Origin: Octopus sinensis
Taxonomy: Eukaryota
Length of the DNA: 64,000 bases
NCBI RefSeq assembly: GCF_006345805.1
Contig: NC_043011.1
Coordinates: 9,858,001-9,922,000 of the forward strand
Direction of reading: 5' to 3'
The notes beneath the pieces were generated by a model. That model worked only from the letters and a program-made list of their open reading frames with translations. It did not search any database and was not told the origin of the DNA. Below are positions 1 through 14,560 of the stretch, one piece after another. The translations under genes and the position numbers were made by a program. The stretch's first letter is position 1, and every line of letters begins with the position of its first letter.

Positions 1-659
1 TATACATATATATAAAAATAAATAAATAAATACATATATATATATATATATATATACATGCATGTGAATATGTGGATATGTGTATATATGTGCTACATAC
101 AGACTCAGATGTTAGTTTGTTGTTGAAGTTTGAAAGAATTATGGAAAAGTATGAACAAATATAAGATCAGGTGTTTGGAGATTCGGTGTCTTTTGGTGTG
201 ATATTGCTAAACATATGAGGGAGTGTATAAAGGCAAAGTATATATAGATATAGGGATATATATGTCTGTATATATATACGTGTGTGTGTGCAGAGAGAGA
301 GACAGAAAGAGAGAGAGAGATGTGTTGCAAGGAGTTGTTGGAGAACATTTATGGAAGTGAGGTAGTGAATCTTCGAAAGACACTAATTACAACCAAGCAT
401 GCAACGAAGTAACTGATGATTCACATTTTGGAGGTTGGAGCGAAGCTTTGTCATAGAATTTTAGTCTTTTTCTTCAATTCCTTTCAATTTTCTCTTTCAT
501 TTTTTATAAAAAAATTTTATTTATTTTTTCAAAATCACCTGCAAAACAGCCAATTATCCCAGAAATGTATTATTAGCTATATATTCCAGAGCTGTCATGA
601 GGAAAGCCCTTCTGTAGAGCCATTTGTTCCCCGCCAATATATCCATCATATACACACAT

Positions 660-711
<52 letters not shown>

Positions 712-2905
712 GAGGGTTAAAATGATTTGGGCTGAAATGAAATCACTGGAAAAGAATCAGCCAACAGATGTAGATTTTAAGCAAAAATATACACACATAC
801 ATAGGTGTGTATATAATACATGAATCTTTTTCACAATTATAGACTCATGTTATATACACACCTCTGCAAAAACAAATACATTACACACACACACATACTC
901 ACACACACACACACATATATATATATGTGTGTGTATGTATATATACATATATACTCACACACACATGTATAAAGTAGCTAGCTCTCTTTCTCTCTCAAGA
1001 TATATATTTATATATATATATACACACACACACAGACATTCACACACACATATTTAGATGTGGGTGTAGGAGATGGTCCAAACAAATAATGATAATAATA
1101 ATAATAATAATAAACAAAAAATTCAATAAAAATCAACAAAAGTTGAAATATATTTTCTTTTTTTTTTTGTTTGTTTGTTGTCTTTTGTTTTCTCTAAAAG
1201 ATTTGTCCCTGTTGAACCGTGAAATATTCCCCTGGAATCAAGCGAGTGCTATAAGGAGAGGTAAAGTCTGACGGAGGAGGAATTTGTTGGGGTAAGAACG
1301 GATGATATGTTCCATCGTGAGTTAAAATACAAAGTACTCCATCGAAATATTCTCGAGAATTCACTTTTGTTGACAGCAACTACTGGCAAAACAGGTTTCC
1401 TACAGAGAACATGTGAGCTGTCAAATGATGCCACACAACAAGACACATCCATTTCAAAGGAATACAGTTTGGTCTTCGATTCAGAATGGTCAGTCTACTT
1501 CATACATGCACCTAACACCAACAACAACAACAACAGCACCAACAACAATAACAACAAACTGTGAATGTATGTTGATTCGCTGGTCTACGGTCGCCTCTTT
1601 CATAACAGATGCTTATTACATGCCAACTGACTCTTATAACTCTCTCTTACAATGAAGTGTGTTTGTACAAACACACACACACACGCGTACACGTGTGTGT
1701 GTGTGTGTGTGCGTGTACAGATGTGCTTATTGACATATATGCATGCACAGAGGTATGTATATGTGAGTGGGTACGTGTCAGTGTGTGTGTGTGTGTGTGT
1801 GCCTCTACACCCAGCAACTGATGCTGTCTTCCTCTGTTCATTCATATAAGTGCAAATGTTTTCACACCTAATTAATTGGCATGTCTAATATCACAGTTGC
1901 AGGTATGTAAGTCTATTGATACACACACACACACATGACACACACACGCACACACACACACACAGTGTGAGGATTTATCTTTCTTTCTGTCCCTCTTTTT
2001 CTCAAACATACATATAAAGATGAGTGTGTGCATATATGTGAGAGTGTGAGTGTATATATATATATTATATATATATATATATGTGTATGTATGAATGTGT
2101 ATATATATATATATATATATAACCATGCACGCTCACAATTCATTTAGAAGAAATAAGGAAAAAAAATTACATATGATGCTGTATTCTAGTACAAAAATGA
2201 AATCGATAACCCTCAATTTGTGTATATACATATATATATATATATATTTACATGTGTAGATATATATGTGGGCTTGTCAGTATATTTCTACATAAATGTT
2301 TGTGTAGCTGTAATGCATGTACAGATATATAAACACAAACATATGTGCATGTATATACATATATATATATATATGTATATATATGCATACACACATACAT
2401 GTGTATATATGAATATATATATATATATAGGCCACAGTGTGTTTGTAGTATCTTCTTTTTCATCCAAGCTAATAATATATCTACCACTTGCACCCACCAC
2501 CACCACCACCACCACCACCACCACCACCACCACCACCACCACCGCCTCCACTGCCTGCTTGTTACTTTGTTATAGACTGTCAACGATGATGATGATGATG
2601 ATGGTGGTGATGTTGGCAGTGGCGGAGTTGTGGTTGTGGTCGTTGTTTCAGTGGTTAGTGTTGTAGTATTGTTAGGCTGTTGCCATTCAGAACAATGACC
2701 GACGACGTGCCCCCCCCCTCCCGCCCCACAATGGAAATCATGAAGCATGCTGAAGCACATGTTTGGCAAAAAAAAGGGGCAGGGGGTGGGGGGATGGGGG
2801 AGGGGTGGAAGGAGTCGGTGGCTTTGGAAGATACTAGCGTTGTATAGTAGCAGCAGCGATGGGAAAACTGTTGCAGCACCAACAGCAGCAGCAGCAGCAG
2901 CAGTA

Positions 2906-2937
<32 letters not shown>

Positions 2938-3360
2938 AACTACTACAGCAATGATGACAGCAATTCGATTTTAGATGTTGTTGTTGTTGTTAAAGCAAAG
3001 ATTAGTAGTAGTAGTAGTAGTAGTAGTAGTGTTGGTGGTGGTAGCAGCATTAGAGGCTGATAAAAGAAAAAAAATAGTAAAACAAATGGAGGTGGAGGAG
3101 GAGGAGGAGGATGTGGTGTGGGGAGGAGTGTGAGGGATTGAATCTCATATTTGTGCAATTTGCGTTGCATGGGTTTAGCATTATGGATTGGCACCAGTGA
3201 CACAGACAATGCCAGCCTCAACCTCACCAAAGCCTATAGCTGCATCATCATCATTGTTCTAATCCAAACCACCACCACCACCGCTACAATCATCACATCC
3301 TCAACATCAGCATCATAGCCATCATTGTTGTCATCAGAATGTTACTACTTTCCTTTTCAA

Positions 3361-3556
3361 CATCACTAATGCCATCACCAGCATCAACCGTGTCACCATT
3401 CCAGCTACCTGGACCACCACCACCACTAATGCCATCACCAGCATCAACCGTGTCACCATTCCAGCTACCTGGACCACCACCACCACTAATGCCATCACCA
3501 GCATCAACCGTGTCACCATTCCAGCTACCTGGACCACCACCACCACTAATGCCATC
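3361..3556. repeat. Minisatellite, 60-bp unit, about 3.3 copies
   Basis: CA(T/C)CACTAATGCCATCACCAGCATCAACCGTGTCACCATTCCAGCTACCTGGACCACCAC repeated almost perfectly. Confidence 0.97.
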
Positions 3557-4399
3557 GTCCTCATTACTGTCAAGACATTCATCAACTTAAACATCCTGTT
3601 TGTCTTTAGACTCGTTAAGACCCTAGTGATTATTTCCTCTCAAATCATCAAATGTCAGAAGAGATGAAGAAACTGTCAGTTCTGATCTGCGAGTGTGTTT
3701 GTGACAGGGTTGGAGAAATGAGGAATTGGCCAAGATTTTAAGATCCAGAAATAAAGAAACCATTCTTTGTGTTCTGCTGCTGACAGTTATGTTTTGTGGC
3801 AGCATATGTGCAGTGGTTATTCAAGACTAGATGTCCTTTCTAGTGTTGACCACTTACTAACATTGCACAGTTGGGACCTCTGTTCAACCAGGTGAACTAG
3901 GGCAAGCCAAGTTTTATACTTAGGCTTGGTGCAAGACAAAATAACTGGGTTGAAAGTGACATCTATTAAATCAAAAATCTTTCTCTAAGATCGAATTCCG
4001 CCAATTCTTCTCATGTCTTCCCATCAGATGGAAAACATGGGGAGTTCCTTTTCTATAGGTTAATTGCCTTGTTTGGTATTGCTTCAACCAAAAATTGTCC
4101 TCCATATATATGACAAGTTCATACCAGAGTTATTATCTCTACTTTTTTCATTAAATTATGTTTTACCCAGTTCTTACCCTCCACAGCTAATCAGGTCACC
4201 AAACTAACAGAACCCATCAACTAGGATACCCTCTGGACAAAGAATTTCTTTCCTCGCTCTCTTACACCAGACTAATTCTCTGCATCAGCTGCCTATGATG
4301 ATGTCCTTCCCTGGTGGCTAACCTGTAACCTCACTGCAACTTTTCTGCATGCCCACACTTTACATTTCCCAGAGTGCTTAGCTCCGCTTGTTCTACAAA

Positions 4400-4900
4400 T
4401 TGTTTATACCTATTTCCTAGATTTCAACACAATTCTGTTTGCCTGCTTAGGTCTACTTTGATGTCTTTTAGTTGAAGGAGCCTTCGCTGACAAGTCGGAA
4501 AGAAGAATTTATTGAACAGCAAACAAAAGTTCCGTTGATTGACTGATCATCTTCTCTTATCATAAACAAGAAGCGAGGGCTGAGGAATGACCCCTAACCT
4601 TAAGCCTACCTACATTCCTCAACTTGCTGACATCTCTCTCTATATGACTTGTAGGCTTTACTCAAGCCATTCATTGGCATCTAGTTTTCTTAAAGAAACA
4701 GCCTTTGGAGTTGGATTCCCTGTCACAGGCTTTCCTTTTCCCACTTCAGGAATACAAAGTGTAGAAGGATTTGCTCAGCTGAGAATTTCTGCAATTTTCT
4801 CTTCCAGAAGGGGCCATCAGATGTACCTTGTTTTGATGGACTCTGAAAGGCATCTCATCCAACTTGATTATCTTCCTCTTTAAGCATTGTGATCATGGAG
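4400..4900 (-). mobile_element. Possible pogo/Tigger CENP-B-HTH relic
   Basis: LEEKIAEIL...GKPVTG....KA...ANEWLE resembles the Tigger HTH (LE..L..W, G.P++G, KA, AS.GWL). Contains stops. Confidence 0.28.
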
Positions 4901-5105
4901 ATACCCTACAGCCATATTAACCAATGAATCCCTAATAAAAATAGATTAATAAGGTGCGGATGTGGGCAAGTTGAAAAATTTATTTCCTGACCAATGGTTT
5001 CAGGTTCAATCACACTTGGGCAAGTGTTTTTTTTTTTTCTGTAAATCGGGTTTGACCAAAGCCTTTAAGTGGATCTGAAAGTTAGAAACTGAAAGAAGCC
5101 TGTCA

Positions 5106-5154
<49 letters not shown>

Positions 5155-5791
5155 TTTCAGTCTTCTTATCCAGACATAATGTAACTGTTGGAAGTGAGTT
5201 TCACTGTCATACAAGCAGTGTCGTTCATTAAATAGGGAAGGTTGGATGGCAGGAAAAGGACATCTTGTGGTAGAAAATCTGCCTCAATAAATCCCATCCA
5301 ATCCATACAAGCATGGAACTGTAGATATTAAAACAATGATGATGATGGTGATGATGATGTTTAGAATCCCTCCAGATAGATGAATAACTCTTAAAAATAA
5401 TACGGTGAGCAGCATAGAACCCTTTCACAAAGTTAATAAACCAGTGAACCCCTTTTGAAGAGTACAGTGAGCTGAAGACCAAGAGATCCCTCACAGTTAG
5501 TCAATAGGTCAACAACCCCTAATAATAGTGTTACTATGTCAGTAACAGCAATCGAATTTATCCATGTTATTTCTACATTACGATTACAGTTAGGCTTACT
5601 TGGCTACACACAACGCTGGTGGTGGTGGTGGTGGTGGTGGTGGTGTGTGTATATATATTACTATAGTTATGGGTGTGTGGGTGTATGTGTATGTGAGTCC
5701 GTATATATATATAAACAACTATAGTTATGGGGGTGTGGGTGTGTGTATGTGTGTAAGTCTGCGTATGTATATATACAACTATAGTTATGGA

Positions 5792-5823
<32 letters not shown>

Positions 5824-6134
5824 AAATGCCATTCTTCAGCAAACAGATCTCTGCAGCAGAACCGGCAACTGATTCCACTCTGTACGACTGTTTGTCATTT
5901 TCTGCCACTAAAACTGCAGCTGCAGTAGTTGCTGCAACCTTACACACGCACACACAAACACGCAGTAGCACACACACTCACACTTGTCTGCACAGCAGTA
6001 ATGACATATAGATAAAAATACATACGTATACAGAATTCAGGATATTTTTCTCACACACACACACACACACACACAAAGAGCTAAGAAGAGATATTTTATT
6101 TACTCAGATATTGTAATATCAAAAAATAAGTGTT

Positions 6135-6500
6135 TGCATGGATGTGTGATTAAGAAGAATATTTCCCAACCACATGATTTCCGGTTCAGTCCCAAAGGGT
6201 GGCACCTTGGGCAAGTGTTTTCTATTATAGCCCTTGGCCAACCACAGCCTTGTGAATGGAATCAGCAGAAAGAAGCCCGTCATATATATGTATATATGTG
6301 TGAGAGTGTGTCTACGCTTGTGTGGCAATTGTAAATGACTGTCACTGTTAGATATCACAGATATCATCTTTAGTTTCCAATATTATGTGCAAACATGTTG
6401 AACCAGAGGAAAATATTACCTTTCTTGCCAACAGGTCGGGCATTCAGCCACAGGAAATCTTCCTCAATAAACTTTGTCCAACCAGTTCAAGCATGGGAAA
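6135..6500 (+). mobile_element. Degraded CORE-type SINE (relatives at about 4955-5350, 7210-7310, 58405-58530)
   Basis: GGTTCAGTCCC..GGCACCTTGGGCAAGTGTTTTCTATTATAGCC matches 62378-62787. Confidence 0.65.
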
Positions 6501-9406
6501 GTGGATGTGGCATTCATCCTTGATCTCTGATGGACTTACTGTGTTTAAAAGCACCACATATATCAGAGGTAGCTGATAATCATCTCAGCAGTGGTCAGTT
6601 ACAAATTTACTTTTTGCAATGTATCTACATTATGTATGATACACAAATGACTGCTTTAATCTAATACTGCTTCTTTTGCATATAATGGATTTTATTCAAC
6701 TGAGTGGCTATTTACAACATCAGTGAATGTTTGTTCCCTGTTTTCCTATACAGGTGGTGGCACACATTTTCTTGGCATGTGGTTGGGTGTAAGTGTGTGC
6801 CACTGACAAAGCCCAATGAGGCATAAACGCATCCAGCATTCTCACCAGCCTCTGGTAACATGATCTTTGCAGAACCTTGATGTATTTTGTTTTTTAAACA
6901 CAGCAGTCCAAATGAGATACGATCTCCTGACGAATGTTGCACTATATTGGCCTATCTCAATGTATTAACATTAATTATGATACAAAAATGTAGTTATGTA
7001 TACATGTTTGTATGTATGTATGTATGTATAGGTTGTTTGAAGTGGTGTACAGATTTTATATATCAAGAAAAAAGAGGTAGTGAGAATTTTGGATAATTTT
7101 TTTATTTAGTGTTTTCATCTTGTTTCATAGAACCATCAGAAATGATATCTTCACACAAAATTTATGCCTTTTATATATATGGGAGTTGAAAAATCTGGAG
7201 TTGAATGGGTAGGCTTCAACAGTTTCCATCTATTAGTTTCACTCATCAGGCATTAGTCAGTCAAAAAGTAGAGGAAACTTGCCTGTGCTTTGCAGTAGGA
7301 TTGAAACCACATGGTCAATTTTTATGTTGATGTATGTGAGTGAGTGAGTGAGTGAGTGTGTGCATGCATGTGTGTGTGTAGATATTCATGCATATATACT
7401 ATTTACACGCATATTCATGATATACACAGCATATGTATGTTTGTACATAGATTATTTATGTCAAGTTGTTAGTCAGAACCAAGAGTTTGTTTAAACTTCA
7501 TCTTGATATTATCGTTCACTCTCCATCTCTCAGCTGTTGGTTGTGGATGCTGTCAGTTTGGAGTTTGAAATCTGCTGCCACAGGAATAGGTTGGATGGTT
7601 TGTATTTCTTTGCATGGGGACATGAGAAAGAGGTTTCTTCTCTTCTCTTCATTGTGTCCAAATAGAGGCACAGTCTGGTTTGTGGTGAGGCTGGACAAGT
7701 TGGTGTTGAAGGTTATTGTAGATTGAGCAATGGACAGTGAAGTGGTGTGCCAAGTCAGAGCAATGGTTTTCAGGAATGTCCTGTCATAGTTCCTGCCATC
7801 CAGGAAATGCAGACGGGAATTGATCCAGCACTCAGGCTCACCATGTGTCCGTCTGCCCTTAACTGACACACTTGTCACTATAACACTACAATCTCTAATA
7901 TCAAACAGCTGAGAGTAATTTTTCTTTCAAACATTGACCATTACTGACCACTAACACTAGACACATAATTCATCAATTTTAAAAGCAAATGCCATGGGCC
8001 CTGTCCCTCTTTCTTCTTCTCTTTAAGCTCTATCTAAACAATTGCAAGAATTTGCCTGAAAGAGATGTTCCAGGATTTCCTTCAGCAACATTGTCAATAT
8101 TTATTTTCTGTTTTGTATTTCTGACTCCATGACTCAATATATATATATATATAATATATATATATATGTATATGTATAAAAATCACTGAGTTTCGCCAAA
8201 AACTTTTAATAGTTTTGAGTTTTCAGAAAAGAAAACAGATTTGGAGCAAGGTTTGACATTTTATTCCAGTTGTTTGGCATTAGAAGCGAGTGAAGTAAAT
8301 ATACGCAAGATAGCAAGCCATTGTTAAGAATGGATTGATCAATGACCTTTTTTGTAAAGTTAGTCTAAGAATTAGCAGTGGATTTGTCTGGTTCAGAACC
8401 ATTTTTTAGCTGCAGGAAGCAAGAGAGAAATAATTGTTTAAAACAAAAGAAGTTGAAATTTATTTTGTAGTTGGTAGGATGGTTTATATTTGTGACAAGA
8501 GTCGTTAAGAAGAATTAATTATTGCGGGTCCAGATATGAAGATTCAGTCACATGATTGATAGTCATTAATGCTGTTGTACAGTTGATCCCATTGGCATAA
8601 CAAGGAGTATTTTTCTTTTGTCTCATTATCAAGAATAGGAGTATGCTTTATTGTACTCCATTAATAAACAGTTTAAAGAGAACTCATGAGATTAACTAAT
8701 GAATTAATTATAAAGCTCGGTTTGATCCTGGAACCCTATCATTACTTCAGACTCTGCAATGTAAACTGTTTTGATGTTGAAAATGTAAGAAGCTAAATCA
8801 AGGGTAATTAGGGTTGGTTGAAGATGTTCGATAAGACACTGTTCGATACAGCCTGTTACGATTCCAGTCGTGAGAGAATACAAGGAACAATGGGAGAAGA
8901 AGAAGAAGGTCGTGATAAGGCAATCATAACAGCTTATCAATTATTGATCAATACACATAGCAAGGAATATTGGATTATGACTGCAAGTTGAGTATTGATG
9001 GAATCAAGTTCTTCAATCCTTCACACCCAATGGACGATTGGAGTTCACTGCTACAAAACCAATGGCTTTGATATCCAATTTTTTTTACATGACCACAGGT
9101 TACTGAACAATACTTCTCCATTGCATTTACATGCGTTTGCCAGGGTCTCAGTGTAGCACTGGTACCAGGTCCATTTATTAATTCTCTCAGCTTGTGCATG
9201 TATGTGTATAAAAGCTGTTATATGCATGTCCAGTTATTATTTGGGATCCTAATTACTGGGTTTTTAATTACAGACAACCTGAAAGGAAATCATGAAGATA
9301 CAAAAGATGGATAAGACTTACTGTCTGCATGCAGGAGAAGAGGAGTTCATTGTTAGTGATTAACATCAATAAACACACAGAGTGAATGTTAAATCTACAT
9401 GGAGAA

Positions 9407-9437
<31 letters not shown>

Positions 9438-10096
9438 GTGCGCGAGTGCATGTGTGTGTGTGTGTGTGTGTGCGTGTGTGTGTAAAGATCAGATTTTGTC
9501 ATAGATTGTCTGGAAGACTAGTGTGATCAGCCTAGTGCTATCCAAATGACCACAGTTTCTTCAATTTCTTGAAAACATCTGGAGAAAGGTGACAGAGTTG
9601 CCAGTTTCTGTTGAATTAAATGACAGTATAGCAAGGTAGGAAGCTGCAACAGGTTTCTCAGGTGCATAATTAATTGCTAAGCTAATAAAGGTCAGATATA
9701 ATTAGAATTACTAAAATACAACTGCAGTTATATTTCTCACACCATAATTAAGAAACAACACGGGAGGAGGAGGGGGGTAGTTATTATATATTTTACTTGG
9801 AAAATGTATCAGAAAATTTTCCTCACTGATGTAGAAATCCGATTGAGAAAGCAGTTGCCATGAAATCATTCCTGACAGAATTGGAAGACTTCTACAAATT
9901 CTAAATTTCAACACAGAAAGACAAATTCATTGAATTAACTGACATAGATTGTTGATGATCTAATTTAATTAACAAATTCTAAATTACCAATGTCAAGATA
10001 TTTAATCACAATTCTTGATATTTACTTTTAATTTATGCTTAAATAGGCAAATGTGTTTATCTTGGAATTTCTCTCTCTCTTTATATATATATATAT

Positions 10097-10327
10097 AAAA
10101 GCACCAACTGATCATGGCCGTTTGCCAGCCTCCTCTGGCCCCTGTGCCGGTGGCACATAAAAAGCACCCACTACACACATGGAGTGGTTGGTGTGAGGAA
10201 GGGCAGCCAGCTGTAGAAACACTGCCAAATCAGACTGGAGCCTGGTGCAGCCTCCTGGCTTCCCAGACTCCGGTCGAATCATCCAACTCATGCTAACATG
10301 GAAAATGGACGTTAAACAATGATGATG
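10097..10327 (+). repeat. RTE 3'-tail repeat copy
   Basis: GGTGGCACATAAAAAGCACCCACTACAC...GGAAGGGCAGCCAGCTGTAGAAAC...GGACGTTAAACAATGATGATG. Confidence 0.8.
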
Positions 10328-10376
10328 TATGTATGTATATATATATATATATATATAATATATATATATATATATC

Positions 10377-10412
<36 letters not shown>

Positions 10413-10419
10413 AATAGAG

Positions 10420-11000
10420 AGAAGTACCAAAGTTGTCAGGAATTTGGATCACTCATAGAACCAAATAAGACAAAAACGAATGGCTAAGCACAGCTTTCAA
10501 TCACTGCTAGTGCTAACGAGGAGTTGTTAAGACATTATACAACTTCAGTTCCTTCCTGAACAATAACTAGACTTTCTGATCTCTTAATCCAAACATTTTT
10601 TCATTCCTTTTGCTAAATGCTGTTTGAGGACCAACAACATCAAAAATCACAGGAGACATAACAATGTTCAGTTTGTCATCAAACTCTACAAGTATTAAAA
10701 AGTGGAGTAAAACAGAGATTTTCTTCAAGGATTGGTTGGCAGGTGTCATTGACTGGACACCTGCACTATTATAGCAACTTATAAAGTCAATGGTCAACCA
10801 ATCTCAGATTATTCAGGTGTGCAGCCACCAGGTGTCACAAAATACAAGATGAGCTTTTTGATAGGGACCACATATTGGCACAAAATACAGGTGGAAGGCC
10901 ATGATGAAACAAAAGTAGTAAAACTACGATAACAATTGTATCCTCTTGCTTTACAATATCGAGTAAAAGTTAACCAGATTACCAAAAGTTTTAAAATTTG
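10420..11000 (-). mobile_element. Possible pogo/Tigger transposase relic
   Basis: FVTPGGCT followed by a PL/ID remnant resembles the pogo IPGGCT..LQPLD motif. Heavily disrupted. Confidence 0.35.
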
Positions 11001-12025
11001 GACTCCAAAGAGAAAAATTAAACTAACTCTATTCACAGAATTTGGTTCATGGATTGTATGGAATTTCCCACAAAATGCCTGGGGTTGAAATAGAATCCAG
11101 TTAACCAGGATACTGTGCAATGGGATAGAAGCTGAAACTCTACAGTTATGATGTGAAGTTCTTACACAGTCATATCCAACATGTTCTGGATTTGGTAAAA
11201 GCTACTTTAAGGCCACAGAGTTGATCTTTTATTGGTAAACCCAAATTTTCATCCTGCAGTGAACATTTGTTAATATGTAATTCTTAAATGAAATAATGAA
11301 GATTAAGATATGAGAAGGCGGGAAAAACATTTACAGTTCTTTTGTTATTGGATTTTGATAAAATCATGTTTTGATAATGAGATAATAATGAGAAACGAGC
11401 AACAAACACTTTCCTAGCAGACATTTGTGGTGCTCGTTATGCAATAGGCGGCCATTTTACAGAAGCAGAATATTCCAAGAATTCAACAAATCAATGCAAA
11501 ATAATAATAAAGATGATTTTTTTTCTGTTCTTTAATAATCTCATTGACAATGTGATATTACTTGATTACAATAATGAGACAAAAGAAAAAAACAAATATA
11601 TAAGGTGACCTTTTGAATATTCTATGAGTCAGTCAAGAGCAAAAGTATTTTAACTGGAAAATATTCATAACATTTCTATAAAAAAAACAACATGAATAGT
11701 TAAAATATATTAATGAACCTAATCTAATATATTTTTTTAAATACATACATATATACATACACACATATATATATACATTTATATATACACACACACATAT
11801 ATAAAATGTGCACGTGCACGCACACACACACACATACATATATAAACTACATATATAAGCATGTATAGATATGTGTGTTTGTGTTTGTGTATGAGTGTGT
11901 GTGTGTGTTTTGTTTATTTTTATGTTAAGTTATAATAAAAACAATTTTACATTGAATTGATTCCTCAATACTTTTTGTCAAGTACAAATTTATTATTCTT
12001 TAACAAGAATAATAATCTATATATG

Positions 12026-12056
<31 letters not shown>

Positions 12057-13264
12057 ATATGTACACTCACACACATCATAAGAGTTGGATTCAGCCCCAC
12101 CTGACTTAAAGTTTTAGAAGCACAACCAGCCAATCCATTGCCTCAGTTGTTTGGACATAGAGTGATGTAAAACCTAAATACTGAAGTTGGGATCTCCAGA
12201 TCATAAAGCCGACAGGAAGTAAACAACAGCAATAACATCATCATCATCATCAAAAATAATGCTGCCAATAACAAATACAACACCACTAGTAATTCCACCA
12301 CCACCACCACCACCACCATGACCAACAGAAATAGTTACTCCCAGTTACAATGCTTAACATAAAATTCCTCCACAGATCTTGATGTCATTGATGAAACAGA
12401 GAAGAAGAACAAAACTGTGTGTGAAAGACACTGTGTTCTGGTGGTAATGAGTCCTCCCTTAACAAGTCTGTCCAATCCATAATTGAAATACAGAATTAAT
12501 AACAAAACTGATTGTGTTTGATAATAAATTGATCAAGACACCAGTTGTGAGGTGGCTGGCCTTCATAAACAGCCGCTGGTCTGCAGGTTACACAAAACAA
12601 TAAAAAAAGAGCAGATAAAGAATAAATTTGAGTGTGTGTTGAAGGTGCAGAGTGTGTTGTTGACCTCCGCTTGTTCGTCCTAAAATAAATTTAGTTTATC
12701 ACTTTGAGGTTGCTGACAATGTCACTTGTTATTGATCCAGCCTTGTGACTGGATCTACAAATGGATTGCCTGCTTCCAAAAATGATACAGCAATTTACTG
12801 CAATCACTCAGTGAATGGAGAAAAATAAAAATGGAAGAGAAGAGCAATGAAAAGAAAAGAAAATTGTCTGAAATGAATGGTTGTGGTGCTGGCGATGGAA
12901 ACAGGTCCTTTAAATAACTTGGTAGAATCATTGGTTGATGCTTAATGATGTTGGGTTAATATATACACAGAAATAATGTATGTTAACAACGTGTTTAGTT
13001 TTGAAACTTCACAACCACTCTTGCTAGCTTGTATTCTAATAAAAGAACTCACAAAAATAGCACCGTCGCCCATCCCCACCGCTTTCAGGCTATGGAGTCT
13101 AAAGAAATGTCTGCAAGGAATTAACTGATATTATATTGCAAGAAATGTGTGACATGTGGGAATTTAAATATCTTGAGCTTTTTCAAATTATAATAATGAT
13201 AATAATAAATGGAAGGAAAAAGGAAAACACATGATAATAATGAGATCTACAATAGGCAGAAGAG

Positions 13265-13670
13265 CTGAAATAATGGAGGGGTGGGGTCAGCCGATGGCAC
13301 TGAATTCGGTACTCGACTGGTATTGGTTTAGTGGTACTCATTGTATCGGCCCAAAAAGGAGAAGTTGACCTTGGCAGAATTTGAACTAACAATGTAGAGA
13401 CTGACAAAATGGCACAAAGCATTTTGGCCCAGCATGCTAACAATTCTGCCACCTTCCGTAATAATCTTTTTGGTATAGGTATAAGGCCTGAAATTTTGGG
13501 GGAGGGGACTAGTCGATTACATTGATCCCAGAGTCTCACTGATACATAATTTATTGACCCCTAAAGGATGAGAGGCAAAGTCCACCTCACTGGAATTTGA
13601 ACTCAGAACATAAAGACAGACGAAATGCCTCTATGCATTTTGCCCAATGTGCTGACAATTCTGCCAGCTA
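13265..13670 (-). mobile_element. Two tandem Meta-SINE-like copies
   Basis: GGAATTTGAACTCAGAAC (B box reverse complement) and AATTCTGCCA each occur in two units; core AAAGGATGA.AGGCAAAGTC. Confidence 0.7.
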
Positions 13671-13679
13671 TCTGCCATA

Positions 13680-13717
<38 letters not shown>

Positions 13718-14042
13718 TAATCAGGAAAGTATTAGATAGCTGAAAAGACCGGACAGTAAGATACCGTAGAATGCAGGTAGTAACCCCACTACACATGCAA
13801 GACTGCAGGAACTCCAACAAAACCTGTGATAAAGAGAAAATGATAATGGTAATAATAATAATAGTTATCAGGAGGGTTCTAAGCACTGGAAAGACTGCTG
13901 AAAACTTGTGGATACCTAAGGTTACAGGTAGTAACCTGCTATCCACATATATCCTACCAAGAATAAGGCTGAACCTGAGCCAAAACCAAATTAATTACTT
14001 TTTGCAATTTTGAATAAATTAAAATGCATATTATTTGCATCT

Positions 14043-14560
14043 ATCATCATCATCATCATCATCATCCGCTTTCCATGCTAGCATGGGTTGGACGGTTCAA
14101 CTGGGGTCTGTGAAGCCGGAAGGCTGCATCAGGCCCAGTCAGATCTGGCAGTGTTTCTACGGCTGGATGCCCTTCCTAACGCCAACCACTCCGTGAGTGT
14201 AGTGGGTGCTTTTTACGTGCCACCCGCACAGGTGCCAGACGGAGCTGGCAAACGGCCATGAATGGATGGTGATTTTACGTGCCACTGGCCCGGGGGCCAG
14301 GCGAGGCTGGCAACGGACACAAGCAGATGGTGCTTTTACGTGCCACCGGCACGGGGCCAGGCGAGGCTGGCAACGGCCACGAATGGATGGTGCTTTTACG
14401 TGCCACTGGCATGGGGGCCAGGCGAGGCTGGCAGCGGACACAAACGGATGGTGCTTTTATGTCCCACCGGCACGGAGGCCAGACGGGGCGGAGCCAGCAA
14501 CGACCACCATCGGATGGTTCGCTTAACCACAGCTGCAATTTCCACTGATGTTGATCGACC
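14043..14560 (-). repeat. RTE 3'-tail repeat copy with about 5 internal ~60-bp units
   Basis: (CAT)n tail on the plus strand, the conserved body, and tandem GATGGTGCTTTTACGTGCCACCGGCACGGGGCCAGGCGAGGCTGGCAACGG units. Confidence 0.85.

Noticed and set aside
7480-7880. 120-aa minus-strand ORF or possible old LINE end
   Set aside because: No motif I can identify with confidence.
9485-9515. IYDKI-like peptide on the minus strand as the next CASK exon
   Set aside because: Followed immediately by TGA and lacks a proper acceptor.
14200-14500. Repeat-spacer appearance suggesting a CRISPR array
   Set aside because: The intervening sequences are themselves repeated, the context is eukaryotic and there are no cas genes. 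It is an internal tandem repeat of a retroelement tail.
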